IMG/VR virus record: IMGVR_UViG_3300025018_000016
Span: 1 to 53,837 of that record
Strand: one strand, 5' to 3'
Length of the DNA stretch: 53,837 nucleotides
Source: a virus
Taxonomy: Duplodnaviria > Caudoviricetes
The notes under the pieces are model-generated. The model was not told where the DNA came from. It ran no database searches and saw nothing but the letters and a program-made list of their open reading frames with translations. Below, piece by piece: positions 45,101 through 53,837 of this stretch (the first letter of the stretch is position 1; each line of letters starts with the position of its first letter). The position numbers and the translations under genes are program-made.

Positions 45101-48100
45101 AAGCAGATTGAACATATTGTGCTTTATTAAAATCATTTACATTAAATGGACTTACATATTTTGCAAGTTGCGCCTTTGTTCTTTTGTTTGCTAGGTCCAC
45201 AATAGACTTTTCATTATTTACAACAAAGTCAATATACTCATTCATTTTATTAAACGGCATATCGCCTTTTCTTAATTCAATAAAGTCTTTTTCTATGCCT
45301 GCAAATCCATCCTTTGCTTCTAAATTGTAATTCAATAATGGTTTTGGTTGCTCTGGAACTTTAACTGCATCAACTTCCATAGATTTCTTATTTTCCGATT
45401 TAATTCCAAGAATATCTTTAAGCTCTTGTAAATCTACATCATGGTTATAAAGCATAAAGTCTTGTAAATTTTCAGGTTTTTCTTCGCCTAATTTTATCTT
45501 ATTTGCTTTTGGTGGTACAGAATCAACTAATGAACCGCTCGGCATACCGTTAATCGATTTTAATGAACCATCATTTTGTATAATAAAATTATCTAATTGC
45601 TTTATAGCCTGTGTGCTTACTTTAAGTAAATCTTCGTTTACAGGTGTAGATACTAGCACAACTCTATATGCGCCATAACCCAACATTTTATTTTGCATGT
45701 TGTCTAAATATTTTTTTGAAATTGACTTTAAATCGTTTGCGCTAATTGTTTCAATTGCTTTAATTGTTAACTTTGTGGATAAATAAACAACAGATATTTT
45801 ATTATCATCTAATTGTTGCCCTTTAACATATTTCGCAATTTCTTTTCCTGCTGTGTCTTTTTGTAATGCATTTGTTTGAAAAGCAAGAAGCTTATCTTTT
45901 CCTAAATCTAAATTATGCATAAGAGATTTAGATCTCCAATTTAATGATTCTGTCATTGTTCTTGGTATAAAGAAGTATTTACCTGAATTAATTATTACAT
46001 GACCTTTATAGTTTTTGACATGAGAAGCAAACGATTCAGATATGCGAATATCATCAATTGAAGGAGTTGGATTTCCTGAAGGATGATTATGTACCATGTA
46101 AACATCATCAAAGTCAATTCTATTTATATCATCAGATAAATCTATAGCTTCTTGCTGAGACGCAAAAACAACAGCACAATTTGGCAACCTAGAAGATACA
46201 GCACGATTATACGTCACTTTACCATTCTTAACGCCTATAATAAATGCTGTTTCATACTTAGGATTTCTAAATATCTGCATAAGGGTAGCAAGCTCTCTGT
46301 GTGATGTTATTGTTTGACCAATAAGCTTTACTTTACCGGTATCAACTAATTCGTCTAAAAAGAACTTTCTATATATGCCTATTCCTTTTTTATCTAAGTT
46401 TTGTCCGTATGTTTCTTCAATGACAGACGCTCCATTGTTTAAATCTTCAACAGTTGAATAAAACTTTTTAATCTGGTCTTTAATTTGGTCCATTGTGTTG
46501 TATTGAGATTCATATTTTAAATCTATGTTATTTACAAGATCAAATCTACCTTTATACTTTTCTGTTAATTCATTCCATTTTGCTTGAGCTTCTTTTTTTG
46601 TATACTTTGCGTTTTTACTTTTTTGATTGCTATCTATGGCCACAGTAGATATATTTCTATAACTAACAATTTGATCATGGCCAAATACGTTTCTTAATGT
46701 TTTAACAGTATTGTTAGTTTTTCTATTTATGTCAGCATCGATAGAATTGTTCTCATAAGAAACAATAACTCCGTCATATCCTTTTGCTAAAATTATATAT
46801 TTTAGTTTTTTTATATCAGCTATAACGGTATCTTTTTCTAAATAAGTAGGGTTTGAGTACTTCCACCCTGCATCAATTGTAAGTTTTTTCCAATCAACAT
46901 CGTCATTAATAACATATGGGTTTTCTAAAGTAACTTTACTTTCAGTAATGTTATCACCATAATTAGAGGCCGATTTTTTATCAAATGCAAAATAAGAACC
47001 TTCGCCGAGTATAGGATATTTAATTGATCTATATATTTCAGATGCAGTTTTTCCCTTGCCTTGGTACATAGTTAGTTCCACTGGTTTGCCTGTTTTTAAT
47101 TCAGTTACATCTTTGGAGTTGTCTTGATTTGCATTTGGTAAAGCAATAACTTTTGCATCTGCCTTTATTGGTGTTTTTGCTTGGATAACTTCCATCATTG
47201 CGTCAAGAATATCATTAAATTGAGCTTTTACAGCTTTTGAGTCTGCATAATGGCCAATTTCTTTTCTTGCGGTTTCTGTTAATATTTCCATCATCACATC
47301 TCGATCAACGTCTATGTCTTGTAAATCTCCTTGGTCAAACTGAGCGTAGTCTTGGTCTCCTAATTCAATGATAAAATCTTGTAGTATAGGAGTCATTTCT
47401 TTTTTGTCTAAAGTGTTTTTATTATCAAGTATGTATGTAGCCCAAGGTAACAAATCTATTGTTTTACTGCTTATGTCTTTTGCAACTTCAGGAAATGATT
47501 TTTTCATCTGTTTTTCTAATTGAATAAGTTTTTGATTTTTTTCTGTTTTACTGAGTTCTGTATTTCTTAACATTGATTCATATTGTTTTTTGTAATCAAA
47601 GTAAGGAAGTAATTTTTCTTCCTGATCTACAGTTCCTTTTATTGGTGTTTCTGGTACTACAATTTCCTTTTTTTGTTGATCTTTACTTTCAGTTTGTGCT
47701 GCTTGGTCCATACGGATAACTTGCGATGGTTTAAATACAACAATTTCATTTCCGTCAATAGAGTTTGAGCCTTTTGCAACAATACCATCATAGCCAAGTT
47801 CCTGAATAACATCATTTGCAAAATTACCATCTTCGCTCCATAAGTCATTAGGGTCTAAATAATTAGCATCTGGATTATTATCAAAATAGTTTTCGTCCAA
47901 TATTTCAATATCTATACCGTTATTTGCTTTAGATAAAGCACTTCTGTAAGCATTCGTATCTTGAATAACTTGATCTCCTGGGTAACTTCCTGTAAATGGA
48001 TTTTTAATATCAAGCAACACAGGAATAACATTTCCATCTTTTCCGTCAGCAAATTCATTTATTATTGCATTTTTTGAATCTGAAAAATATATTCCTATTC

Positions 48101-49937
48101 CCCATCTAGGCGCAGTTGATAAAGTAAATTCTCCTTCAAAATTAGTTGGAGTTCCATGATATACAACTTGTGGGTTACCTTGTTTATCTACTATTTTTGT
48201 ATCTTTTAATTTTTTAACAACATCTGATGATAACTGAGAGGTTAAACTTTCTTCTGTATTTTGAATTAATTCAATTGTTGGAGTTGTTTTAATATTTTCG
48301 TTTTTTTGAACTGTGGGTGCAGTTGAAGTTTCTTGTTTTGGTGTAGGCGTAGCTATCTTATCAAAATTAGGATTAATTTCAGCTTCAAACTTGTTTGCAT
48401 TCGCTTCATCAAGAAGTCTTTCTTTTCTTGCAAGATCTATTTTATATTTTTCAAGATTAGGATTAATTTCAGCTTGGGGGACAACTTCAGGTTCGACCAT
48501 TGCTGCTTGCTCGGTAAAGAAATCTTTTTGTGTTTTTGCAGATGTCAATGGAACAATAGGTATAGTATTGTCAATTTGTCCGTCTAGTTTAAGCGTTGGT
48601 GTTATCATATTGCCCTGTGTTGCTTCGCCATCTGCGTTTAAATCGATTTTTATCTGATTCTCGACATCTTGTAAAGCTTTATCAACATTTTGAGTTGTAG
48701 GGTTGTTTAACGCTTGGCTTGCGCTTTGTATTCCCATTCCAACGCCCATCATTAATACAGCTGACATAGCTCCGGTAAATCCAGCATCTACAAAATCTAC
48801 AAGTTGTTGTTTTATTGTTGGCAATTCTGTATCGCTAAATACAGCTTTGTCAATATATGGACTCATTGCTTCGGACAAACCTTCTCCAAGGAACTCTTGA
48901 TTTAATTCTTTCAATATTGTGTCAGACGTAATCTTACCACCCATAATGTCAAAAAATGTAGCCATTGGACCTATTTCAGTAACAGCTTCCATTGAACCAC
49001 TTAAAGCAGCACCACCTAGTCTTGTTGCGGTTGCTCCTAAAGAATTAGGGTCAATTCCTCTTGCTATTTGACCTTGCTCTATTTCATTTGCTTTTGAGCC
49101 TGCTGCAAAACCACTTAGAGCAGTTACTGCCGGAATAGCACCTGCACCCATAAAAGGTAATTGTGCTACTTGGCCTAATGCGCCATATATATACTTATCA
49201 GGTCCCGTAATAGTTGCTGCTTGCTCTTGATAAGGCCTTACCGCATTTTGTTGTTGTTGTAATAAAGAATTAAATAATGTCGTATCTTTGTCAATAATAT
49301 CAGCTACAGACTTTTCAGGGTCAAGTAAAGCTCTAACATGTGTAACAGGGTTAATATACTCGGTTGCTTTTTGTATTTCTTTAGCTGCTTGCAGAGTTCC
49401 AATATTAAAACTACCCATGACACTAGCTAGAGAAGATATAAATTTATCTATTGGGCCTAATTGATTAGACTGTGTTGTTGGTTGTGACTGTGTTGGTTGA
49501 TTATAATTATATGCAGGTATTGCACTCACGTCATTATAATCAAAATTGTTAGTTTGTGGGCTTTGTCCTGAAGGATTAAAAGAAAAATCTTTTAAAGATG
49601 CTATTTGGTCTGCATATTTCTTAGTATAAGCATCGTCTGTTTCTCTGAAATTGGAAATAGGAGCCTGTGTTGAAGGCTCCTGTCTAAATGTTGTATCTAA
49701 CTTTTCAATTGATTGCGAATACGGATCAAGTATACCTAATGCTTTTGGTGTAGACGATAAACCGTATTTACTTTTTACCGAAGAATTAAATTTGTCAATA
49801 TCAGCTTTTCCGTTATCAATGAGATATTGATATAAATCTCCTTTTGATTGGTCAGATAATCTATCTACTGTTGTGAATCCACTATTTACTTGATCATAAA
49901 CTTTTTTTGCTTCTGTTTGGTTATAAGAACGTGCCAT
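39159..49937 (-). CDS. Giant polyvalent (probably injected internal virion) protein, 3592 aa
   Basis: Two ART-like modules (VYHGT...GIYFS...LGYDGIV; MYQG...GSYFA...KGYDGVI), JAB/RadC (HNHPSGNPTPS.DD), N6-MTase (FFPTP, LEPSAG.G, MNPPF), zincin HEVGH, and an LPD38-like C-terminus (PFFNASIQG, IPKPQELG). Confidence 0.85.
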   Translation of the reverse strand: MARSYNQTEAKKVYDQVNSGFTTVDRLSDQSKGDLYQYLIDNGKADIDKFNSSVKSKYGLSSTPKALGILDPYSQSIEKLDTTFRQEPSTQAPISNFRETDDAYTKKYADQIASLKDFSFNPSGQSPQTNNFDYNDVSAIPAYNYNQPTQSQPTTQSNQLGPIDKFISSLASVMGSFNIGTLQAAKEIQKATEYINPVTHVRALLDPEKSVADIIDKDTTLFNSLLQQQQNAVRPYQEQAATITGPDKYIYGALGQVAQLPFMGAGAIPAVTALSGFAAGSKANEIEQGQIARGIDPNSLGATATRLGGAALSGSMEAVTEIGPMATFFDIMGGKITSDTILKELNQEFLGEGLSEAMSPYIDKAVFSDTELPTIKQQLVDFVDAGFTGAMSAVLMMGVGMGIQSASQALNNPTTQNVDKALQDVENQIKIDLNADGEATQGNMITPTLKLDGQIDNTIPIVPLTSAKTQKDFFTEQAAMVEPEVVPQAEINPNLEKYKIDLARKERLLDEANANKFEAEINPNFDKIATPTPKQETSTAPTVQKNENIKTTPTIELIQNTEESLTSQLSSDVVKKLKDTKIVDKQGNPQVVYHGTPTNFEGEFTLSTAPRWGIGIYFSDSKNAIINEFADGKDGNVIPVLLDIKNPFTGSYPGDQVIQDTNAYRSALSKANNGIDIEILDENYFDNNPDANYLDPNDLWSEDGNFANDVIQELGYDGIVAKGSNSIDGNEIVVFKPSQVIRMDQAAQTESKDQQKKEIVVPETPIKGTVDQEEKLLPYFDYKKQYESMLRNTELSKTEKNQKLIQLEKQMKKSFPEVAKDISSKTIDLLPWATYILDNKNTLDKKEMTPILQDFIIELGDQDYAQFDQGDLQDIDVDRDVMMEILTETARKEIGHYADSKAVKAQFNDILDAMMEVIQAKTPIKADAKVIALPNANQDNSKDVTELKTGKPVELTMYQGKGKTASEIYRSIKYPILGEGSYFAFDKKSASNYGDNITESKVTLENPYVINDDVDWKKLTIDAGWKYSNPTYLEKDTVIADIKKLKYIILAKGYDGVIVSYENNSIDADINRKTNNTVKTLRNVFGHDQIVSYRNISTVAIDSNQKSKNAKYTKKEAQAKWNELTEKYKGRFDLVNNIDLKYESQYNTMDQIKDQIKKFYSTVEDLNNGASVIEETYGQNLDKKGIGIYRKFFLDELVDTGKVKLIGQTITSHRELATLMQIFRNPKYETAFIIGVKNGKVTYNRAVSSRLPNCAVVFASQQEAIDLSDDINRIDFDDVYMVHNHPSGNPTPSIDDIRISESFASHVKNYKGHVIINSGKYFFIPRTMTESLNWRSKSLMHNLDLGKDKLLAFQTNALQKDTAGKEIAKYVKGQQLDDNKISVVYLSTKLTIKAIETISANDLKSISKKYLDNMQNKMLGYGAYRVVLVSTPVNEDLLKVSTQAIKQLDNFIIQNDGSLKSINGMPSGSLVDSVPPKANKIKLGEEKPENLQDFMLYNHDVDLQELKDILGIKSENKKSMEVDAVKVPEQPKPLLNYNLEAKDGFAGIEKDFIELRKGDMPFNKMNEYIDFVVNNEKSIVDLANKRTKAQLAKYVSPFNVNDFNKAQYVQSAYQEQLNNIIFTLSDSKTISTSGFNHENKLNQLRDQVKKLQEGLTKDKYQSIVDKIKQEAIDKKTASMEKKNRIDNPETLDDYILASKSRVLTTEERRKLDDLKLAAKQSLPEAKAMDKVAVSADVIGKLVEGTHTKTGNKLFEFELTDRIEKNEWSKILEVVKKEGGSYWKGKFFFPTESIDVATQKYNNVINTLKGNMTETVDNIVDKSTSNADRLRTVASNMQKAIDEKYAGRQTNTNRRAAMAASAQMDGDRMKRTQAVLNQIADALDSGELKFLSKINSKAQIESLDGRMSRAKHDYINDVTKGYQDAYMSELKRRELKGEPVTIDGIDFAKVRTLYKEHVIKMLEEGTKIKGMIQKSNSALNSAKRHQDDLPVYKFEEILNELISKGVNDFGSVKSTIQDFNRLKKLGIETDGDLRAALREYLPFFNSTKISKETQIERNIKQRESEFTRQKIEGFFPTPENIVDNMIEIADIKEGEKILEPSAGVGHIADKISKGTLDVVEYNNSMAQLLKDKGHNVVGNNALEVKTQYNKIIMNPPFENSQDIEHVMYAYENNLLPGGRLVAIMSEGPFFRSDKKATAFREWLDGLDQTNEQLPDGTFKESDRKTGVNTRIVVISKPVINDIDSIKASNPKVNTNDIATGAKASNELIRASHGKAKSNPLEARHSLPALTAAIENNTLEIDNLIIPNATASGYTYDMKEFIVNSIANRDMDAQTIVMKIPDDGTMTLLNSPTVIAETLHALGIKVKMAEIPKNIASYVKNSSIVVTNFEGYKYITTEGNSGMFITPNEFKQLTNYIEQVSSIDPTTKLKIEKSVDSIAQLNKFMSDEYVPVSNFIDLVGEKNARNKYTVVSGQGITRMYNTKLLQPFNGEYTAYQAINEPMIIFKDSNGLLVGATFPVKPSPSSMYELKGNFDISLKPKALTKPSSLKWMPTNEDLLLADINDGKPSNGPKAAATYVQKLYPMQGVGKGEKARLSDAQKLIDKFLEVPVKEGNFRQHALGIFKSSGIIRVKNAKQMDVLMHEVGHWFDQHFDLTNKITANPLIAGELYNAGKPVSRKTYTKKEVIQEGIAEFFSTYLQSKELAQQNFIYTYNAIEDVIKTDKVTKELTSALNELMDQYMKMNSSERVLSNVQLRPRRHEITKPEEIISTLYTAMVDINHPIYNFVRDVVGKVNPSSDPMTKKRLAVTSGIGKTTTAMERGLIDPKTGNFLTKGLYEIIAPVRESKMFNEFMAYAVSMRANELTERGIETGIDIKDVNATISKYKNDVQFNKTLKEIYKYNDTLLKIASMNDLITPEAYEQIKEVNRYYMPFNRVINSAASGKRSKAGNPIMKIKGSYLDIINPIESIVRNTYSIYNAIDVNEANKTLFNYHNADGAGKYFDKIPPPIKAIEIEGDTLAELIKKNYDIDISNEVDKVTLFQPNMYPNKDNVITVLNKGKREFYEIHNKDMLRVFTQADYPQLKIIGKILGFPARVLRAGATEFSDAFVLRNFIKDTVAASVFSQSNFIPFVHSVRGIYEEMGKTDLYYKALSAGAINNTASAIDRDYIKKDTRKLYEKDFADNVLGVISRPLDALRGLNEAVESSTRLGEFRQSYNKNIQKGMSEHNAILQAALDSRDLMDFMRAGYIGREINKLIPFFNASIQGVDKFARSAVTNPVNMLVKGGMLAAFSAMLYLMNSDDERYNRLDRYTKDMYWIAFIGDEIVKIPKPQELGLFFGSGTERMVEYLKENDPKAFKGYKERVIEMLLPEFIPQVYKVHSELASGYSMFYKGSIVPLSESSRPKYLQYGTTTSEFAKEYGRTFNESPRMVDYAITQSLGTAGRFLLNSIDSIILATGKGEKIEDPAKTLLGNMPFVRGLIASPYTGSVYVEDFYEYTNEVKVKAAEYRELDQEYPADFAKNYTYIKKMYKTMTKLNGVNKAIKESTLSGDEKKALLVDIQMLQDSVAIKTMNGELLTSEELQLIAKYDALYEQD

Positions 49938-49957
49938 GAATGTACCATCCTTTCATT

Positions 49958-51946
49958 CTATTTAATTTGTGGTTTTATTGGAGCTTTCATGTAATCAGGT
50001 ATTTCATAATCGTTTCCATAGTCTGATTCAGGTAATGTTAATCCTCCAGAGACACTTCCACCGTTGCCTATTACATTAAGAAGACCATTGTACGCATCCA
50101 TTACTTTGTTAATGTCGGAACCTTTAAAATATGTATCGTATTCTTTTAATGCTCCTTCAAGGTCAAGTGTTGAATATTCAGAAGTCGCTGTCTTTTCTAG
50201 AATACTAATAGCCATTTTCTTTTTATCAGGATCCATGTCTGCCATATCAATTGCTTGTTGGAATAAGTCAAGTTTTATTTCAGGTGATAATATACTGTTT
50301 ACAAATGTTTCATATTCTTTTTTATTATTTAAGTCTAAAGTTTCTTTTGCTTCATACAATTGGAAATCAATATTTGCTGATTCTCCAAGTTTTACTAAGT
50401 CAAGTTGAGCTTTTTGAACCGCTTCGTTTAATGCAAGTCCGCTCTTATACCCTGCAAGTGAAATATCAAAACCGTATTCATCAGCTGCTTTTTGAAGCGC
50501 TAATAGATTTTCATATTCTTTTGTTTTTATGTCGTATTGGAATTTAACTTCTGTTTCCATGTTTCCTTGAGATGGAGTATTTAAAGATATACCCAATGTA
50601 TTAGCAACAACTTCATCTGCATAACCTAGAGCTTCCCAACGCTTGTATGCTGCGTCAATTGCTGCTTGATCGGCTGCTGTTTTAGAATTTGCTTCAATAA
50701 TTTTAGCATTTTCAGCTTCAGCAATTTTAGCGGCTTCTTTGTCTTTAGCTGTTTCAACTGTTGCTTTGATAGTTTGTTGGTCAAATAAGCTATTTCTAAG
50801 AGCATCTAATCGGTTATTGGCAATATTTAACGCTTGTGCATCTCGTGTTTGTCCCATATTAAATTCATCTTGATACATATTGTTAGCTAAGTCGTATATT
50901 GCAGACTGTTGAGCAACTTCTACATTCGCCATGCCTTCACGTTTTGCATTTTCCGTAGGTTGTTGTCCGAACATTCCTCGCTGAATTGCGTTTTGGTCAT
51001 AGGCTTTCATTGTTTCTTCAAGATTCTGTTCAAACGGTTGTCGCATTTGTGCTGTTGCTCTTGCTGTGGCTTCGTCTCGACTCATTGTTTGCGTGGGGTC
51101 AAGGCCTAATAAACTGTTTGTTAAAGCGTCTATTGAAGCGTATAAGCTATTTTCTTCGGGAGTAAAGTAAGTATTCATGTCATAGTTGCTTACAGGACCG
51201 TTTTCACCACCATTATCATTAACAGCCGATGAAGTGTTTTGATTAAGATACTTAGCTTCAAGTTCCTTTTGTGACGCTCCCCATTTTGCTTGTAAATCAG
51301 GATCACTAGCAATTTTTGCTCCTCTAGATAGCACCAAGGCTGAAACATCAGCATTTGGATCCTTGCTTATAGCATTATTGATTTCAGTCATATAGTCCGT
51401 TGTGTTATCAAATTGATACTTTGAATAATCTATAACTCCTGAAGATACAGGATTGATTATATTGTTTTGGTCTATCCATTGTTTAGCGGTAAGAGTGCTA
51501 CCATCTGTTACATTGTCAGCATATATACGATAATCATTTTCTTGTTGTGGAGTCAATTTAGTGTTATCGTTTACCGTTATTGTGTTATAAACAGGATTAC
51601 CTATTTGCGCATCTCCTGTATATGGAACAGCTCTTTCTTTTGGTGTCATTTGCGTTTGGTAAGTTTGATAGTCTGTTGGTGGTCCTGTTGTCGTGGTTGT
51701 AGGTAATTTACCCGGTGTTGTAGGTGTTAAATTTGTATTAGGTAATTTTTCTGGTGGTTTTTGAGAAGAAGCAGGCGGTTTCTTATATTCGCTAAAAATA
51801 TTTTCCCACATATTTGTAGGAATTACAGAATCTTTTACAGAGCCAGTTTGATTGTATTTATCAAGATCAACATTCACATTTTTGTTACTTCTTACCGTGC
51901 CATCCATATTGTAAACAACTTGTGCTCCATTAATTGGTGTAGCCAT
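49958..51946 (-). CDS. Probable internal virion / DNA-ejection protein
   Basis: Low-complexity N-terminus, helical A/Q-rich region with AIQRGM. Immediately upstream of the giant protein. Confidence 0.55.
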   Translation of the reverse strand: MATPINGAQVVYNMDGTVRSNKNVNVDLDKYNQTGSVKDSVIPTNMWENIFSEYKKPPASSQKPPEKLPNTNLTPTTPGKLPTTTTTGPPTDYQTYQTQMTPKERAVPYTGDAQIGNPVYNTITVNDNTKLTPQQENDYRIYADNVTDGSTLTAKQWIDQNNIINPVSSGVIDYSKYQFDNTTDYMTEINNAISKDPNADVSALVLSRGAKIASDPDLQAKWGASQKELEAKYLNQNTSSAVNDNGGENGPVSNYDMNTYFTPEENSLYASIDALTNSLLGLDPTQTMSRDEATARATAQMRQPFEQNLEETMKAYDQNAIQRGMFGQQPTENAKREGMANVEVAQQSAIYDLANNMYQDEFNMGQTRDAQALNIANNRLDALRNSLFDQQTIKATVETAKDKEAAKIAEAENAKIIEANSKTAADQAAIDAAYKRWEALGYADEVVANTLGISLNTPSQGNMETEVKFQYDIKTKEYENLLALQKAADEYGFDISLAGYKSGLALNEAVQKAQLDLVKLGESANIDFQLYEAKETLDLNNKKEYETFVNSILSPEIKLDLFQQAIDMADMDPDKKKMAISILEKTATSEYSTLDLEGALKEYDTYFKGSDINKVMDAYNGLLNVIGNGGSVSGGLTLPESDYGNDYEIPDYMKAPIKPQIK

Positions 51947-52005
51947 AATTATTTCACTCCTTTCATATTTCTTTACTTATATTGTGCCATATTTAGCAGT
52001 ATTAA

Positions 52006-52887
52006 TCAATCTTGAATCACTTCTGTGTCACCGTAATTGTCCCTGTAAGCGATTGTTTCAAGCCTTGAGTAGTATCTACCAATGGGTTGTGTACAAACTA
52101 GCGCAAAAGGCGATTTCCAAGATACATCAGCACCGGTTATCTCGGACAGTAATCGCATTGGTACTTGTAGGTGTCCACCACCGTTAGCATCAAATTCCAC
52201 TTTAATTGTGTACGGTAATTCGTGCTTTACGTTGTCTATCCAATAATGCGACTTACCAAGTTCGAACTGCACAAACTTTTTGTCTTGTTCCCATTTTAAA
52301 ATATAGAACTCCCCTTTATAAAAGTACTCTAATGTTTGGTCTTTTAGTGTTATAAAGTTGTTATTGCCACCGAATCGACTATCTAAAATATAAACATTAT
52401 ATCTATGATTAGGTAGTATATCCAATCCGTACAGTACCATAGCATGACCACCTATACCTTCTAAATCTTTGTGGAAATGAATCGGGACGCCTGCCTCAAG
52501 CGATTTCATTATTTCTTCGGGGTCTTGTGTAGGGAATACTCTGATAGGCAATGTAAATTGTTTTGCTTTTTTATGCACATCAGGAGTTAGCTTTTCAAAA
52601 TCCTTGCGGAGTTCGGGCATTTCTTTATTGACGTTAAAATCTTCAAGCAAGCAAATACCTGTTTCCCACATCTGTTCATGGTAATTTTTAATAGAGTAAC
52701 CAACTCCGTAGCCCTCTGCTTTATCCCTATTTGCGTACATGTAGAATTGGCTGAATCGGTAATCTGTGTTGAGTTTTGTGTTTATCAGGTGCTCTGTTAT
52801 AGCAACACCTGAATAGGCTGTGCAAGCTTCTATCGTCTGTTTACGCTTAGTATCCGCACGTAGTTTTATTATTTTTGATTTAACCAT
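52006..52887 (-). CDS. Papain-like (C1) cysteine peptidase with C-terminal copper-amine-oxidase-N-like domain
   Basis: Q...ACTAYS catalytic Cys, FS..YMY, GGHAMVLYG catalytic His. C-terminal VPMRLLSEITGADVSW. Confidence 0.7.
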   Translation of the reverse strand: MVKSKIIKLRADTKRKQTIEACTAYSGVAITEHLINTKLNTDYRFSQFYMYANRDKAEGYGVGYSIKNYHEQMWETGICLLEDFNVNKEMPELRKDFEKLTPDVHKKAKQFTLPIRVFPTQDPEEIMKSLEAGVPIHFHKDLEGIGGHAMVLYGLDILPNHRYNVYILDSRFGGNNNFITLKDQTLEYFYKGEFYILKWEQDKKFVQFELGKSHYWIDNVKHELPYTIKVEFDANGGGHLQVPMRLLSEITGADVSWKSPFALVCTQPIGRYYSRLETIAYRDNYGDTEVIQD

Positions 52888-52904
52888 TTAGACCTCCATT
52901 GACT

Positions 52905-53837
52905 TTAATCTGGAATATAAACGAATCCCCAATAAGTAGTTGTTGCGCATTGTAAAATAAAACCTGTTTCATATCTTGTTAATATTGGACAGTTAGATTG
53001 TACGTTTATTCTTTTTAACCCAGCGCCATCAATATTAAGGTTAAAAGCACCTGCGTTATTAATTGAGATTATCCATCCGCTGCCTGTAATATTTAATCTT
53101 TCAGTAGTTGGAGTAGCAGTGTCATTACTACTAGTAGCTAGTATACTATCACGAATAGTACTTCCGATTTTATATACAATATCCCAATCAGCAGAGGCAT
53201 CTGTATATACTTCAAATCTTGTGTTAAACCTTATTGGCCCAATTAGACTTGCTTCTACAGCTGGCGTTAACCACCCTGTAGTGGTACTACCAAATTTAAA
53301 AACACCGTCAATTTTTAAAGCTATCTCTATATTGGCTTGTGCTTTTACTAGCATTATAAACCCTTCGCCACTATACGAGAATCGAGATATCATGGCTTGA
53401 GTTGAAAGTGGAAAATTAGTAAACACTGCTGCTTTTTCAAGCCCCTGTAAGCTATCTACGCCGCTAGGGCGCATAGTAAAATTTACAGTTCCTTCGTAGA
53501 CCTCGCAGTAGCCCTTTGCTACAGTTGTGACCGCAACACCTTCGATATCGACTAATGGTTTTGCTGTTGCTCCGTTTCGAATAAGCGTCACAGCCCCGCC
53601 TGTAATCTCAGTACCTATGTAAAGTGTTAGTTTAGCGTTTGCAGATGCAGTTACAATGGTTATAACCTGTCCTGTTACGTCTGTTGGTACAATGGCATCG
53701 GATAAGTCTTCAATGGCGTTTGTGTTAGTCGCTATATCTTCGGCATTAGTCGCTATATCTTCGGCATTAGTCGCTATATCTTCGGCGTTGGTTGCTATGT
53801 CCTCTGTGTTAGTAGCAATATCTTCTGTGTTAGTAGC
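52905..53837 (-). CDS. Tail fibre/spike protein, C-terminal part (joins 557..1)
   Basis: Frame open from the window end through IATN(T/A)ED heptads into the 228-aa track ORF. Confidence 0.75.
   Translation of the reverse strand, partial: ATNTEDIATNTEDIATNAEDIATNAEDIATNAEDIATNTNAIEDLSDAIVPTDVTGQVITIVTASANAKLTLYIGTEITGGAVTLIRNGATAKPLVDIEGVAVTTVAKGYCEVYEGTVNFTMRPSGVDSLQGLEKAAVFTNFPLSTQAMISRFSYSGEGFIMLVKAQANIEIALKIDGVFKFGSTTTGWLTPAVEASLIGPIRFNTRFEVYTDASADWDIVYKIGSTIRDSILATSSNDTATPTTERLNITGSGWIISINNAGAFNLNIDGAGLKRINVQSNCPILTRYETGFILQCATTTYWGFVYIPD
53720..53837. repeat. 21-nt tandem repeat encoding IATN(A/T)ED heptads
   Basis: ttagtcgctatatcttcggca-type units, about 5-6 copies. Confidence 0.9.

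Noticed and set aside
48366-48475. 20-nt direct repeat (AEINPN twice) in the giant gene
   Set aside because: A short duplication in a linker region with no sign of a mobile element or DGR pair.

Overview
This window looks like a complete, circularly permuted ~53.8-kb AT-rich tailed phage genome: bases 1-35 are identical to 53803-53837, and one tail-fibre-like ORF runs across the join. The host is probably a Firmicute, judged by an NLQLFA Prp-type leader on the scaffold, SleB/RecU/ComEA-like genes and sigma-A promoters. Almost all genes are on the minus strand. The modules are packaging and head (terS, terL, portal, scaffold, capsid), a podovirus-like tail (adaptor, nozzle, fibre; no tape measure or tube recognised), a 3592-aa polyvalent protein (2x ADP-ribosyltransferase-like, JAB, N6-MTase, zincin, LPD38-like), lysis and receptor-binding genes, and replication, recombination and DNA-modification genes. 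I recognised no integrase, site-specific recombinase or reverse transcriptase. The most unusual signal is a family of seven dispersed, same-geometry inverted-repeat sites (about TTCGCAAT-N8-ATTGNGAA). They precisely bracket both C5 methyltransferase genes and a receptor-binding module, and one is read in frame inside the receptor-binding gene, which suggests a site-specific cassette-exchange system. That gene also ends in a DGR-type variable region whose template and RT are absent. A small plus-strand operon resembles an acr/aca locus and is preceded by a cytosine-free tract and a T-arm-like RNA leader. All family calls come from motif recognition by eye, not from database searches.
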